Source: an uncultured virus (IMG/VR IMGVR_UViG_3300009136_000003)
Lineage: Duplodnaviria; Heunggongvirae; Uroviricota; Caudoviricetes; Crassvirales
Virus record (IMG/VR): IMGVR_UViG_3300009136_000003
DNA length: 64,000 nt
Direction: 5' to 3' (one strand)
Positions 1-9,293 of the stretch are shown here, one piece after another (the first letter of the stretch is position 1; every line of letters begins with the position of its first letter). The notes under the pieces were generated by a model. That model was given only the letters and a program-made list of their open reading frames with translations, was not told the DNA's origin and did not search any database. A program made the position numbers and the translations under genes.

Positions 1-3000
1 GTTTCTAAGTCTGTTAAAAAAGCAAAAGGTTCTATAAATTTACGACAGTCTTCTAAAGATTTAAAAATAGATATAGAAAAGTATTTTACAAATCCAAAAA
101 CAAGCACGTTTGAAAAGAGAGGTTTTATTGTAAAGGATATTGTAGCAGATATTGCTAAAAACATAGAAAAAAATAAGCAAAAAGAAATTGCAAAACTTTT
201 AGGAGGTGATGTTTCTAAAAATGTAGGAGTAGGTAATACACCTAAAGGAGTTAAAAGCCCCGGTTCACAATCACTTGTTGATTTAATTGCTAAAGTAGCA
301 GCAGAAAAATTAACTAAAGGATTAAATGTAGGAGATGTTTATGCAGTCATAGAAATAAATAGTGAGGTTGAAGTAAAAGAAGATTCTCATCCAAGTTATC
401 CATTTCATATATCTTTAAAAAACGGTAGTAAACCTATATTGCATTTACCAAAAAACAGAGAATCAGGAAGTAAAGTCTTGGTTCAAAAAGGACAAGATGG
501 TAATTACAATCTTGATTATGCAGTTCGTAATGTGTCAGTAGTAGAAGGTCAGTTTAATAATGAAGCTGCATCAACAGCTGTTAAAAAAGGAACTGAAAGA
601 CGAAATGCTAAAAAGAAAAACACACCTCAGTCTCGTAAGCAAATAATAGGAGAGAATGCTGACCTAACGGCACTTAATCTTTCTTATAGCTTAAACTTAG
701 CAAAAGAAATAGAGCGAGTACAAAAACTAAGTTTTAGAGAAAAATTTAATGAAGCGAAGAAAGACAGAGATGTTTTGGAGTACATAAAAATGACCCCACA
801 AGAGGTGAGGTATATGACAGGTTGGGAACGTGGTGTAGATGACAAATGGAGATATGAATTACCTGACGGAAAAGTAACTGTAAGAGAAAAAGGAAAGTTT
901 AAATTATCAGATGTATATGACAGCAAAGGATTATATGACGCATACCCTCAATTAAAAGATATGCCTGTGGATGTTGACATTAGACAACAAGGTGCAGTAA
1001 ATGCTTGGTTTATACCAAGTAGCAAGTCTATAGAGATAAACGCAAAACCTGATTCTAACGTCACTAGCCTTTTAGTTCACGAGATACAACACGCTATTCA
1101 ATTTATTGAAGGGTTTGCTACAGGTGGAAATATGAGGTCTGCATTTGAGGCATACGAAAATACTGTTACCCCTGAAGAGAAAAAAGCAGAGCTAGAATTA
1201 AAGGAAGAGGTTGAAGTATTAAACAATTTAACAACGGTTCTTGAGGTAGGTAGTATTGATTTTGAAGGTATGTCTTTGGACGAGGTATTAAGTTTAGACT
1301 TTATACGAGAAAATTGGGATGCACTAGGACTTGAAAGTAAAGATGATGCCATAGATGTATATGAGTACGTTTATGATAACAATCCTGAAATAATAAGTAA
1401 GTTAAAGACTGATGAATATGGAGATAGTCTTGACTTATCAGGAGCAATGGATGAGGCTTATGAAATAGCAGGGCGTAAAAAAGCCGAGTACTCCGACAAG
1501 TATTCTACGTATGCATTATACCAAAGATTAGCAGGAGAGGTTGAGTCTCGTAATGTTGAGACACGATTTATGATGACAGAAAAGAAAAGAAGAAAAACTC
1601 TTTTGTCAGCAACAGAAGATGTAGCTGCAGAAGACCAAATATTATTATTCCCTGACCAACCTCAGTCTCGTAAGCAGAAAATAGGGAGAACTACAAGACT
1701 AGCTCCTAATGGAAAGCAATCTAACTTAACTGACGTGCAGTATGATGCTGTAAGAACGCCTGCGTTTAAGAAGTGGTTCGGTAATTGGGAGACAGACCCT
1801 GAGAATGCGAGTAAAGTAGTGGACGAGAATGGTGAGCCTAGAGTTGTATGGAGAGGCAGGGACACAAGTAAAGGTGATGTTGGAGATGTAATAGATATTG
1901 GAAAAACCAATGAGGGTGCTTTCTTTGCTGATAATAAAGAGGCTTCCGATTTGTTTATGTCTGAGTTTTTAGGAATTAAAAAAGGTGATTATGAAATAAT
2001 TGAATCGTTTTTAAACATAAGAACCCCGGAAGTATTTGAAGATTTTTGGAATGATTTTATGGGTAATAGAAATTCTAATAAACCTAATTATAAATACGAA
2101 CCAAAAAAAGGTGTTGATGGAGCTATAATAAATGATGACGTTTGGCTACAAGAATCAGAAATAGATTGGAAAGAAGGGCAGTTTGATGAAAATGGTAATC
2201 AATTAGAAGAAGAGGTTATTAAAGAAATCGCTTTAGAAGGCAAGCAATTTATTGTTTTTAAACCTAACCAAATAAAATCAGCCGATGGCAGCAACACTAC
2301 TTTTGACCCAAACAAGCCGTCTATACGTAAGCAACAAGACGACAGCAAAGAGGTTAGTGAAATAGAGGGTGAGATTCAATATTTAGAATCCGAGATTGCA
2401 GACAAGCAAGAGGAAATTGCGGCTGAAAAATCTGATACCAAGGATGACATACAGAAAAAGAAGGATGAGATAGCTAAGGTAAAGAAAAGCAAAAAGTCTC
2501 CTGCCAAAAAAAGAGATTTAATTGAAGATATAAAACAAGAGATTGAAGATATAAAAGAAGACGGACTAGTAAACGTAGAGTATTACATTGAGGAGGTAAA
2601 GGAAGCTAAGAGAGAATTAAAAAAGCAAGAGAAAAAGTTAGCTAAATTAAAAACAAAGCCTGCACCTAAGTCTAAGCCTAAGCCTAAGCCTGCACCTAAG
2701 CCTAAGCCTAAGCCTGCACCTAAGCCTAAAAAATCTAACAATACATATCGTTCATCTTGGTCAGGTAGTTTAGATACATCAATAGAAGTATCTGAAGATT
2801 ATAATCAGATGACCGACCAATATAGAGAGAAAAACAAACAAATAAACCTTGCTAATGGAGAAGATGTAATAACTATAGAAGAGGCTAATAAATTAAAAAT
2901 AGAGCTTCGAGATAATTTAAAGAAAGCAAAATTAAAATTTGAAGAAGCAAAATCTAAGCCTGCACCTAAGCCTGCACCTAAGCCTAAAGCAAAAAAGATT

Positions 3001-6000
3001 TTAGAAGCCATTCCTGAAACAGGTGATGTGACGGCAGAAAACAAGATAACAATTGCAGATAACTTAAGGGCGATAACAAAAGGCGTGAAAACCGCTGTTG
3101 TTTCTTGGATGCGTACAAGTAAGTTCCTAGCACAAGAGATAGGCTCAATGGTTAAGTCCGGTAGGATAACAGTTAAGCAGTCGGCAGCTATACTCAAAAA
3201 GTTTAGTGGTGTCAATATGTTTAACGAGGCTTCTATAGATAGGTTTGTAGATTTTATGGCTCGTGTTATTAATAACGCAGAATATGCAGAGCAGTTATCT
3301 ACCGCAAGAAAAAATATTAAACGAGCTAAGAAAAACATTAGAACTAAGATAGGTAGTGCAGATGCTGTAGCACCTATGCTATCTCAGATTTTTGATGTTA
3401 ACCCATCACTAATACCTGAGTCTGTATGGAAGATTTATACTGACCTAGTTGCTGACTTTGCAGGAAGCGGAGCTGTTATATCCCCTAGTAATGTAGAATC
3501 TGTATCACTAATTGCAGGTGATATTATCGACTCATTAAATGCAGAGTTTTCACAGACTGAAGAGTTAGGAAATAGATACGATGCCTTTGACAAAGTACTA
3601 GACAAGAAGACAGGAGCTGTAGACTACGCTGCTACTATAAAAAAGATGGAGAAGGAAGGTTTGATTACACCGGAGGAACTATCTATAATGTCAAAGTATA
3701 GAACCGATATAGCACCTCCAACTCCTAAGACACCAAAAACAAAGGCTGAGATACAGGCAGAAAAGGATGCTATTATAAAAGACATTAAAGGCTCACCTAC
3801 ATTAAAAATATCTAACATTAATAATAAGTTGGATAGAGCTGTAGCGGATAGGTTTGTTTCTCTGATGGCAACCCCTGAAGTGTTGGAGTCTATGTCATTG
3901 AAAGACTTACAGCAAATTCAAAAGTTAATGGATAACATTAACAATGGATACCTACCTCACCTTGCACAGATACAAGTAGAGAAAATGAGTAGCGTCTTGA
4001 ATTCTAATATATTAACAAGTGCAATACAAGGCAGTAAGCTACTACCTGCGTCTGCTATTTATGGTAGATTAAAAAGTCTAGTAACAAAGAGAGGTGCTAT
4101 TAGTGAGATGATAAGAAGGAATCCTTTGTTTTATATTGACCAAATTTTTGGAGATTTTAAAACTAAAGATATTTTTAACTCTGTATTTAATCAATCAGCT
4201 ATAGCTCAGGAAAGATATCAGGCTGATATTAAAAAGATATTTGGTAGAATTGACAAGGCACAAAACTCTGTAGCTAAAACATACCGTAGAAATCCAAATG
4301 GTTTAGTGAGGTCTAAGTTTAAGCAGATGATTTATTCCATTCAGCTTGAAGCAGAAAGCAACCTTGGTAATCCTGAAGTGAATCAGGCAGGTGCTTATAT
4401 AAAGAAAACTATAGAGGCTATAATGGACGGCAAGACAACATTCACAAAACGTGATGCTGATATGCTTAATGAAATATACAATGAGTTTGAGGTTAATGGT
4501 GAGATAGATATTAATAAGTTGTATGATTCTTTTTCTAAAGTAGAGAAGGCTTCTATAAAAGAAATACAAGACATCAACATTGAGCTTCAAGAGAAGGCAG
4601 TCTTTACAAGTGCAGTTATTCGTGGTGATAGAATGAACCCAAGAAATAATTACACTCACTTAAACGTAATAACAGCAGCCGGTAAAGATAACCTAGCTGC
4701 ACCTTCAGAGGCACAGAAAATATTACAGAGTTTAAGACCTAGCACAAAAGCTAATTCTTTAATTGAAAGAACAGGTAATGTTGCTCCACTAAACTTTGAT
4801 TACTATGCATCTGCATCTAGGGGTGCTAAGGGTGTTCTCTTAGACTTTTATATGACAGAACCTATAAGAACAACTCACAGAACTTTAGACAGGACTAAGG
4901 AGTCTCTTAAAGATGGTTCTAATATGATGCCCGGAAATCAAAGAGAAAAGTTCAACGCTATTAGAGATTCTTTTGATGAGGTAATAGGTAACCTATATGT
5001 AAATGCCTTCACTCAAAACGGATTGGGAGATGCTGCATTAAAGTTTATGAACAGGAATGGATACCGTGCAATACTTGCTAGTAGCACTAGGTGGATAGCC
5101 GAGCTTACATCAAACACAGCGTTTGCTTTAATAACAAACCCAAGGGCGTTTACCATAGGAGCGAAGATAGGCCTTGGTTTCCTAAATAGTGACGCTGCAC
5201 CTAAAGCAATGAAGGTCTTGGGGTCTAAGCAAACCACACGTATATATCCTAGTGATTCTTTATCAGGTAGAATGGTAGACACCAACCTAATGAATCAAGC
5301 TCAGGGTGAAAAGGGAGGTAGAGTTAAGGGTAGATTTAAAAATAAGATGACACAAATTTGGAATCTAACAGGAGCAAAGTATGCAGGTAGTGTAGCTACT
5401 GTGTCTGATGCCTTGATATCTACACCCGATAAGATAGTTATGAGACCAATGTGGTTTGGTAGTTTTAGTGCGGAATTTGAAAAAATAACAGGACAAAAAC
5501 CTGACTTTGATAAGATAGCATCTGAAGACTCAGCATATATGTCAGAGAATGCAGCAGCATTAAAGGATGCCACAACAAAGGCTGATGAGACTTCTGTAAT
5601 GACAGGGTCAACTGCTAATCCTTTTATGGGGATACTCAAAGGACAATCAAAACCTGAAGATGGTTTGATGACCAAAGCATTTAATAACTTCAACACCTTT
5701 ATGACCACGTTCTTAATATACGAATATGTAACTGCTCGTACAGGTATTGTTAATGCAGTAGGTGGAGGTGTCCTAGGAAAGGCTAAGGGAGCACAATTGC
5801 TTGCAGGTTCAGCAACTCGTATGATTACATATACAATGCTAGCGACAGTATTAAGTGAGGCTTTAACAGGACTAGCAGGTGACGAACCTGAAGAGCAAAA
5901 AGCACCCGAAAAACAGCTTGGTCAGGCCATAGCTTCTACAGTTAGTTCTATGATGTTAGGTAGAGACTTTGGTAACGCTACAAAGGCAGTTATAAACTAT

Positions 6001-6699
6001 GGTATCGAAGAATTTAATAAGGAGTTTTTAGATTTTCTAAGAGATGGAGAGTATGACTCTTTTAAGGATGGTATTCAGTATCAGGTAGTTCCTCAAAACA
6101 AAGACGGAAGAGGTAGTGATATAGGTGACTTTATAAAAGCAATGTCAGCAGGTTATAGCCCTTTCATTAAGACTATAGACTTTATGATAGGCAAGGCAAC
6201 TGAAGCTCCTAAAGTAACTGAGGCGGCTAGAAAGAGACAGCAGGATGAGGTTATGATTAGATTACCTTTAGAGGTGTTGGGTAACACAGGTTTAATACCT
6301 CTATATAAGGATGTAAGGAAGATGGTACTTAGAAATCTTTATGGAGAGATGCGTAAGGCTAGTAATGAGTCTGCTAAAAGAAAAGCAAAAGAGTTAGATA
6401 AGTTACAGGGTTACAATAGCAGGAGTGATATGAAAAGGTATGACTACAGATTATGGATGGATACCTTCGGGCCAAACTCAATGGATTGGGATGAGGAGCA
6501 AAGAATAAAAGAGGAGAAGAGAAGATTGAGAGCTGCTAAACAGCGTATCAAAGATGAAGAAAACGGATACACAGGTAGAGGTACTAAGTCCGGATTTGGT
6601 AATAGTGGATTTGGTAATAGCGGATTTGGTAGCGGTGGTTCAAAAAGAAAAACTAAAAAGAAAGGTGGATTTGGTAATAGCGGATTTGGAACGAATTAA
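1..6699 (+). CDS. Giant polyvalent virion/ejection protein, C-terminal part (open from base 1, so 5'-truncated): module A', LPD23-like metallopeptidase cassette, ART-PolyVal-like cassette, coiled coil, PAPK linker, long helical C-terminal region, GFGNS tail
   Basis: Frame +1 is open from base 1 (VSKSVKKAKG...), so the TTG at 439 is not the true start. LPD23-type motifs: TGWERGVDDKWRYE, LYDAYPQL, HEIQHAIQ (1078-1092), YQRLAGEVESRNV. ART-PolyVal-type motifs: RTPAFKKWFGNWE, SKVVDENGEP, FIVFKPNQIKSA. Confidence 0.85.
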   Translation, partial: VSKSVKKAKGSINLRQSSKDLKIDIEKYFTNPKTSTFEKRGFIVKDIVADIAKNIEKNKQKEIAKLLGGDVSKNVGVGNTPKGVKSPGSQSLVDLIAKVAAEKLTKGLNVGDVYAVIEINSEVEVKEDSHPSYPFHISLKNGSKPILHLPKNRESGSKVLVQKGQDGNYNLDYAVRNVSVVEGQFNNEAASTAVKKGTERRNAKKKNTPQSRKQIIGENADLTALNLSYSLNLAKEIERVQKLSFREKFNEAKKDRDVLEYIKMTPQEVRYMTGWERGVDDKWRYELPDGKVTVREKGKFKLSDVYDSKGLYDAYPQLKDMPVDVDIRQQGAVNAWFIPSSKSIEINAKPDSNVTSLLVHEIQHAIQFIEGFATGGNMRSAFEAYENTVTPEEKKAELELKEEVEVLNNLTTVLEVGSIDFEGMSLDEVLSLDFIRENWDALGLESKDDAIDVYEYVYDNNPEIISKLKTDEYGDSLDLSGAMDEAYEIAGRKKAEYSDKYSTYALYQRLAGEVESRNVETRFMMTEKKRRKTLLSATEDVAAEDQILLFPDQPQSRKQKIGRTTRLAPNGKQSNLTDVQYDAVRTPAFKKWFGNWETDPENASKVVDENGEPRVVWRGRDTSKGDVGDVIDIGKTNEGAFFADNKEASDLFMSEFLGIKKGDYEIIESFLNIRTPEVFEDFWNDFMGNRNSNKPNYKYEPKKGVDGAIINDDVWLQESEIDWKEGQFDENGNQLEEEVIKEIALEGKQFIVFKPNQIKSADGSNTTFDPNKPSIRKQQDDSKEVSEIEGEIQYLESEIADKQEEIAAEKSDTKDDIQKKKDEIAKVKKSKKSPAKKRDLIEDIKQEIEDIKEDGLVNVEYYIEEVKEAKRELKKQEKKLAKLKTKPAPKSKPKPKPAPKPKPKPAPKPKKSNNTYRSSWSGSLDTSIEVSEDYNQMTDQYREKNKQINLANGEDVITIEEANKLKIELRDNLKKAKLKFEEAKSKPAPKPAPKPKAKKILEAIPETGDVTAENKITIADNLRAITKGVKTAVVSWMRTSKFLAQEIGSMVKSGRITVKQSAAILKKFSGVNMFNEASIDRFVDFMARVINNAEYAEQLSTARKNIKRAKKNIRTKIGSADAVAPMLSQIFDVNPSLIPESVWKIYTDLVADFAGSGAVISPSNVESVSLIAGDIIDSLNAEFSQTEELGNRYDAFDKVLDKKTGAVDYAATIKKMEKEGLITPEELSIMSKYRTDIAPPTPKTPKTKAEIQAEKDAIIKDIKGSPTLKISNINNKLDRAVADRFVSLMATPEVLESMSLKDLQQIQKLMDNINNGYLPHLAQIQVEKMSSVLNSNILTSAIQGSKLLPASAIYGRLKSLVTKRGAISEMIRRNPLFYIDQIFGDFKTKDIFNSVFNQSAIAQERYQADIKKIFGRIDKAQNSVAKTYRRNPNGLVRSKFKQMIYSIQLEAESNLGNPEVNQAGAYIKKTIEAIMDGKTTFTKRDADMLNEIYNEFEVNGEIDINKLYDSFSKVEKASIKEIQDINIELQEKAVFTSAVIRGDRMNPRNNYTHLNVITAAGKDNLAAPSEAQKILQSLRPSTKANSLIERTGNVAPLNFDYYASASRGAKGVLLDFYMTEPIRTTHRTLDRTKESLKDGSNMMPGNQREKFNAIRDSFDEVIGNLYVNAFTQNGLGDAALKFMNRNGYRAILASSTRWIAELTSNTAFALITNPRAFTIGAKIGLGFLNSDAAPKAMKVLGSKQTTRIYPSDSLSGRMVDTNLMNQAQGEKGGRVKGRFKNKMTQIWNLTGAKYAGSVATVSDALISTPDKIVMRPMWFGSFSAEFEKITGQKPDFDKIASEDSAYMSENAAALKDATTKADETSVMTGSTANPFMGILKGQSKPEDGLMTKAFNNFNTFMTTFLIYEYVTARTGIVNAVGGGVLGKAKGAQLLAGSATRMITYTMLATVLSEALTGLAGDEPEEQKAPEKQLGQAIASTVSSMMLGRDFGNATKAVINYGIEEFNKEFLDFLRDGEYDSFKDGIQYQVVPQNKDGRGSDIGDFIKAMSAGYSPFIKTIDFMIGKATEAPKVTEAARKRQQDEVMIRLPLEVLGNTGLIPLYKDVRKMVLRNLYGEMRKASNESAKRKAKELDKLQGYNSRSDMKRYDYRLWMDTFGPNSMDWDEEQRIKEEKRRLRAAKQRIKDEENGYTGRGTKSGFGNSGFGNSGFGSGGSKRKTKKKGGFGNSGFGTN
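625..641 (+). repeat. Cassette-boundary motif CCTCAGTCTCGTAAGCA (PQSRKQ), copy 1
   Basis: Exact 17-mer also at 1660, 62781 and 63231, always in the giant protein's reading frame. Confidence 0.95.
1659..2429 (+). repeat. 771-bp direct repeat of 63230-64000 (offset 61571 bp)
   Basis: Sequences match by eye, and the ORF track gives identical antisense ORFs at 1662..1910 and 63233..63481. The upstream flanks are unrelated. Confidence 0.95.
1660..1676 (+). repeat. Cassette-boundary motif (PQSRKQ), copy 2
   Basis: Exact 17-mer; identity with the window's 3' end starts here. Confidence 0.95.
2656..2730 (+). repeat. Coding tandem repeat AAGCCT/AAGCCTGCACCT giving a KPAPKPKP linker (second patch about 2956-2988)
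   Basis: Visible 6- and 12-bp units. Confidence 0.9.
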
Positions 6700-6710
6700 A
6701 TAATAATAAT

Positions 6711-6845
6711 ATGCCATTTAAAAGTAAAGCACAGAGAAGATATATGCATAAAAATCTACCCAAGATTGCAAAACGTTGGGAGAGGGAGTACGTTAAAGAA
6801 GTTTTGCCTGATAGGTTAGCTCCCAAAAGAAAAAGAAAGAAGTAA
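6711..6845 (+). CDS. Small basic protein (44 aa, MPFKSKAQRRYMHKNLPKIAKRWE...)
   Basis: Translated by hand; ATG after an A-rich spacer, TAA stop. Too short for the ORF track. Confidence 0.7.
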   Translation: MPFKSKAQRRYMHKNLPKIAKRWEREYVKEVLPDRLAPKRKRKK

Positions 6846-6849
6846 GAGT

Positions 6850-7566
6850 CTACAAATCCATTAAGCAGTTTATTGCGGTGTGTCCTCCAAGTACAACACC
6901 GCAGCCTATGGCTTGCTTCTTGAAATTTTTAGCGTAAGCTGCCGCATAAGTTTTACTATCTACACCACACCCTACTTGCATACCAAAGACTTTAAAGTTC
7001 TTACCTACTAACCATTTTACGTACGCCTCTGTGTGCGTGTGGCCGCATACACTTGACATCATATTGTTTTTTGCCTTAGTTAACGCCTGACCTCCTTCTC
7101 CGTGCTCGTATAGTACGTTGTCGTACACTACACTTTCAAGCCAACTCCAATTAGTTCCTAGCACCTCGTTGTAGTCCTTAATCCAACGTGCAGGTATCTG
7201 ACCATCAAATGCTTTCCTCATTATAATCCTGTCGTGATTTCCAATCATAACGTCTGCTACAGGGAAAGCTATAGCCCAATCCTTTATTCTTTCAATAGCA
7301 AGGTCAAGCTCATCTCCCCCACCCATACCATCGGGGTCTGAAATATGAAACGATGAAGCGTGATTGTCCACTATGTCTCCTATAAATATTACCTGATTGC
7401 AGTTGTAGTTAGCGTATGTATCCTTGCAGAATTGAAGGTATTCTTTTAACTCAAAAGGAGCGTGAATATCTCCTACTACGAGAATTCTACGCTCCTGTTT
7501 ATTCATATAATTATATGAGGATAATCTTTGTCCTTTTAGCCGTGGTCTTTGTTCTTTAAATATCAT
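6850..7566 (-). CDS. Calcineurin-like metallophosphoesterase
   Basis: GDIH, GDIVD, GNHD, HG and GHTH metal-binding motifs. Confidence 0.9.
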   Translation of the reverse strand: MIFKEQRPRLKGQRLSSYNYMNKQERRILVVGDIHAPFELKEYLQFCKDTYANYNCNQVIFIGDIVDNHASSFHISDPDGMGGGDELDLAIERIKDWAIAFPVADVMIGNHDRIIMRKAFDGQIPARWIKDYNEVLGTNWSWLESVVYDNVLYEHGEGGQALTKAKNNMMSSVCGHTHTEAYVKWLVGKNFKVFGMQVGCGVDSKTYAAAYAKNFKKQAIGCGVVLGGHTAINCLMDL

Positions 7567-7747
7567 CTCCTATAGATTCCTCTATGCTTTTTAATTGCGA
7601 AATTAATTTAGCCAATGATTTTTTTGTTTCTAAAAAGTCTCTGTCAACAAGGTTCTCATATATATCATCAGAAGAGTCATTTATACTTTTCATTAAATGA
7701 TTTATATGGTTTACTCTCTCCGCATCGTAAGCTGAAAGTTTGGCCAT
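7556..7747 (-). CDS. Hypothetical protein
   Basis: ORF in the tightly packed minus-strand operon. Confidence 0.65.
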   Translation of the reverse strand: MAKLSAYDAERVNHINHLMKSINDSSDDIYENLVDRDFLETKKSLAKLISQLKSIEESIGDDI

Positions 7748-7753
7748 TATTTT

Positions 7754-8371
7754 TTATTTTTCATATACACCGTTGTACCATATATGCAGTTTCTTTTCTA
7801 CGTCTTGCTCTGTACCTATCCTAGTCCTTTGTGAGACAATATCAATAAGAGTTTTTACTCTGTTTTCAGATTGGTTTAGGGCATCAATTTTCAATTGCAT
7901 TTGTTCTATTGTCAAATGTAAGTCTTTTTTTTGTTTATTTAAAAAATTTATGTGATTAATTAATTCTTTATTATAATGAGGCAGAGATAGATAGTAGTTT
8001 TCCTTATCTTTTTTCTCTATAAAATTAGCCGTAACTTTTAATTTATTCTTTGTACATATTGCTTCAAACCCTTCCTTTACTATGCCGTATCTATTTTTAA
8101 AAACAACATCTGTATTTAAGTATACTTCAAGGTTTTTTTCGTAGTGAATAATAGTAGCGTGGTCTCTATCTATAAAGCTTCCTACCTTTGAAAACCCATA
8201 GCCCCTTTTTCTAAGTAAACTTGAGAAGGCCATTCGGGCATAAACGTAGTTTATTTTCCTGCTTTTTGATTGCAGGTCGCAATGAAATGTGTTCTCACAT
8301 ATTTCAAGTAAAGCTAGTGCTTCATTGTTTAGTTTTAATTCTGTTGTTTTAGGATTGTATTTTTTTTTCAT
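7754..8371 (-). CDS. DnaA domain IV (Bac_DnaA_C)-like HTH protein with coiled-coil tail
   Basis: SKSRK...YARM...SKVGSFIDRDHATIIH resembles the DnaA C-terminal RDHTTV signature. Confidence 0.75.
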   Translation of the reverse strand: MKKKYNPKTTELKLNNEALALLEICENTFHCDLQSKSRKINYVYARMAFSSLLRKRGYGFSKVGSFIDRDHATIIHYEKNLEVYLNTDVVFKNRYGIVKEGFEAICTKNKLKVTANFIEKKDKENYYLSLPHYNKELINHINFLNKQKKDLHLTIEQMQLKIDALNQSENRVKTLIDIVSQRTRIGTEQDVEKKLHIWYNGVYEK

Positions 8372-8681
8372 AATATGATTGGATTGAATTGTTTCTTAAT
8401 ATTGCATCAAGGTAATCGTTTACCTCAACGTACTCTAGGTCTATTATTAATGGAAGACCTTCCTCTTCTTTTATATACTCTACTGAATAAAATATATTAC
8501 TTTTTGTGACTCCATACATTTTTTGTTCCCACCCTTCTTGTATTGGCAAGACATCAACTACTGAGGCTATTGCGTCTAGTATCTCTATACGTGACTCAGT
8601 TGATACCTCTACTATCTTTTCTATGAACCACTCCTGAATTTCAAACTTATATTCCTCTGTAAACCTCTGTCTTAAATCCAT
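8349..8681 (-). CDS. Hypothetical acidic protein
   Basis: Overlaps its neighbours in the operon. Confidence 0.65.
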   Translation of the reverse strand: MDLRQRFTEEYKFEIQEWFIEKIVEVSTESRIEILDAIASVVDVLPIQEGWEQKMYGVTKSNIFYSVEYIKEEEGLPLIIDLEYVEVNDYLDAILRNNSIQSYYEKKIQS

Positions 8682-8889
8682 ATTTATCTAATTCTTTTAG
8701 TCTGTATTCCTGTAGTGTTGACAGCTTCCCTGTTGGTGTCTTTACCTCGCTGAATAAAACATCAGCGTTGGGCTTAAAGGCTACCAAGTCAGGTATCCCA
8801 TTCTTGTTAGTCTTAACTAGCTTGAGCACGTAGTACCCTTCAGCTTCAAGCTGTTTAATTCTTTTCTTTTGTATTGCCTGTTCTGTCAT
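8647..8889 (-). CDS. VRR-NUC domain nuclease
   Basis: MTEQAIQKK...NGIPDL...FSEVKTPTGKLSTLQ pattern. Confidence 0.85.
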   Translation of the reverse strand: MTEQAIQKKRIKQLEAEGYYVLKLVKTNKNGIPDLVAFKPNADVLFSEVKTPTGKLSTLQEYRLKELDKYGFKTEVYRGI

Positions 8890-9293
8890 AAAATTTCTAG
8901 TAACATATCTTGCTTGTTAAAATACAACATATATTCTACATCGTTTGCAGCACCCTCTCTTGGTTTTCTACCACCTACTTTTCCTACAGATTCGATGTGC
9001 TTTACGTTACCATAAATTAAACCATCAAGGCATCCCCATATAATAATAGCCTCAGTTTTTTTGTCGCATAACTTTACCAATTTTCTAGCAGCTATTGGTA
9101 ATGGATACGCATCAGCTACATACCTATTCCTTCCTTTAAACTCTATGTGGCACACACTATCACCTCTTGTAACCTTATAGTCTACATCGTATTTTCCTAG
9201 CTTCTTATACTTAGCCTTAAATTTTTCACAGAATATTTTTATTGCATTCAGCTCTCTATCTAAGTCTTTGTCGTTTTCAAATCTTGTGCTCAT
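8886..9293 (-). CDS. Putative PD-(D/E)XK-like nuclease
   Basis: YDVDY...HIEFKGR motif. Confidence 0.55.
   Translation of the reverse strand: MSTRFENDKDLDRELNAIKIFCEKFKAKYKKLGKYDVDYKVTRGDSVCHIEFKGRNRYVADAYPLPIAARKLVKLCDKKTEAIIIWGCLDGLIYGNVKHIESVGKVGGRKPREGAANDVEYMLYFNKQDMLLEIL

Noticed and set aside
684..5708. Minus-strand ORFs inside the giant gene (and similar antisense ORFs over groEL, terL, the fibres and 59.5-63.5 kb)
   Set aside because: Ser/Phe/Leu-rich shadows of the sense codon pattern, with no motifs or start context.
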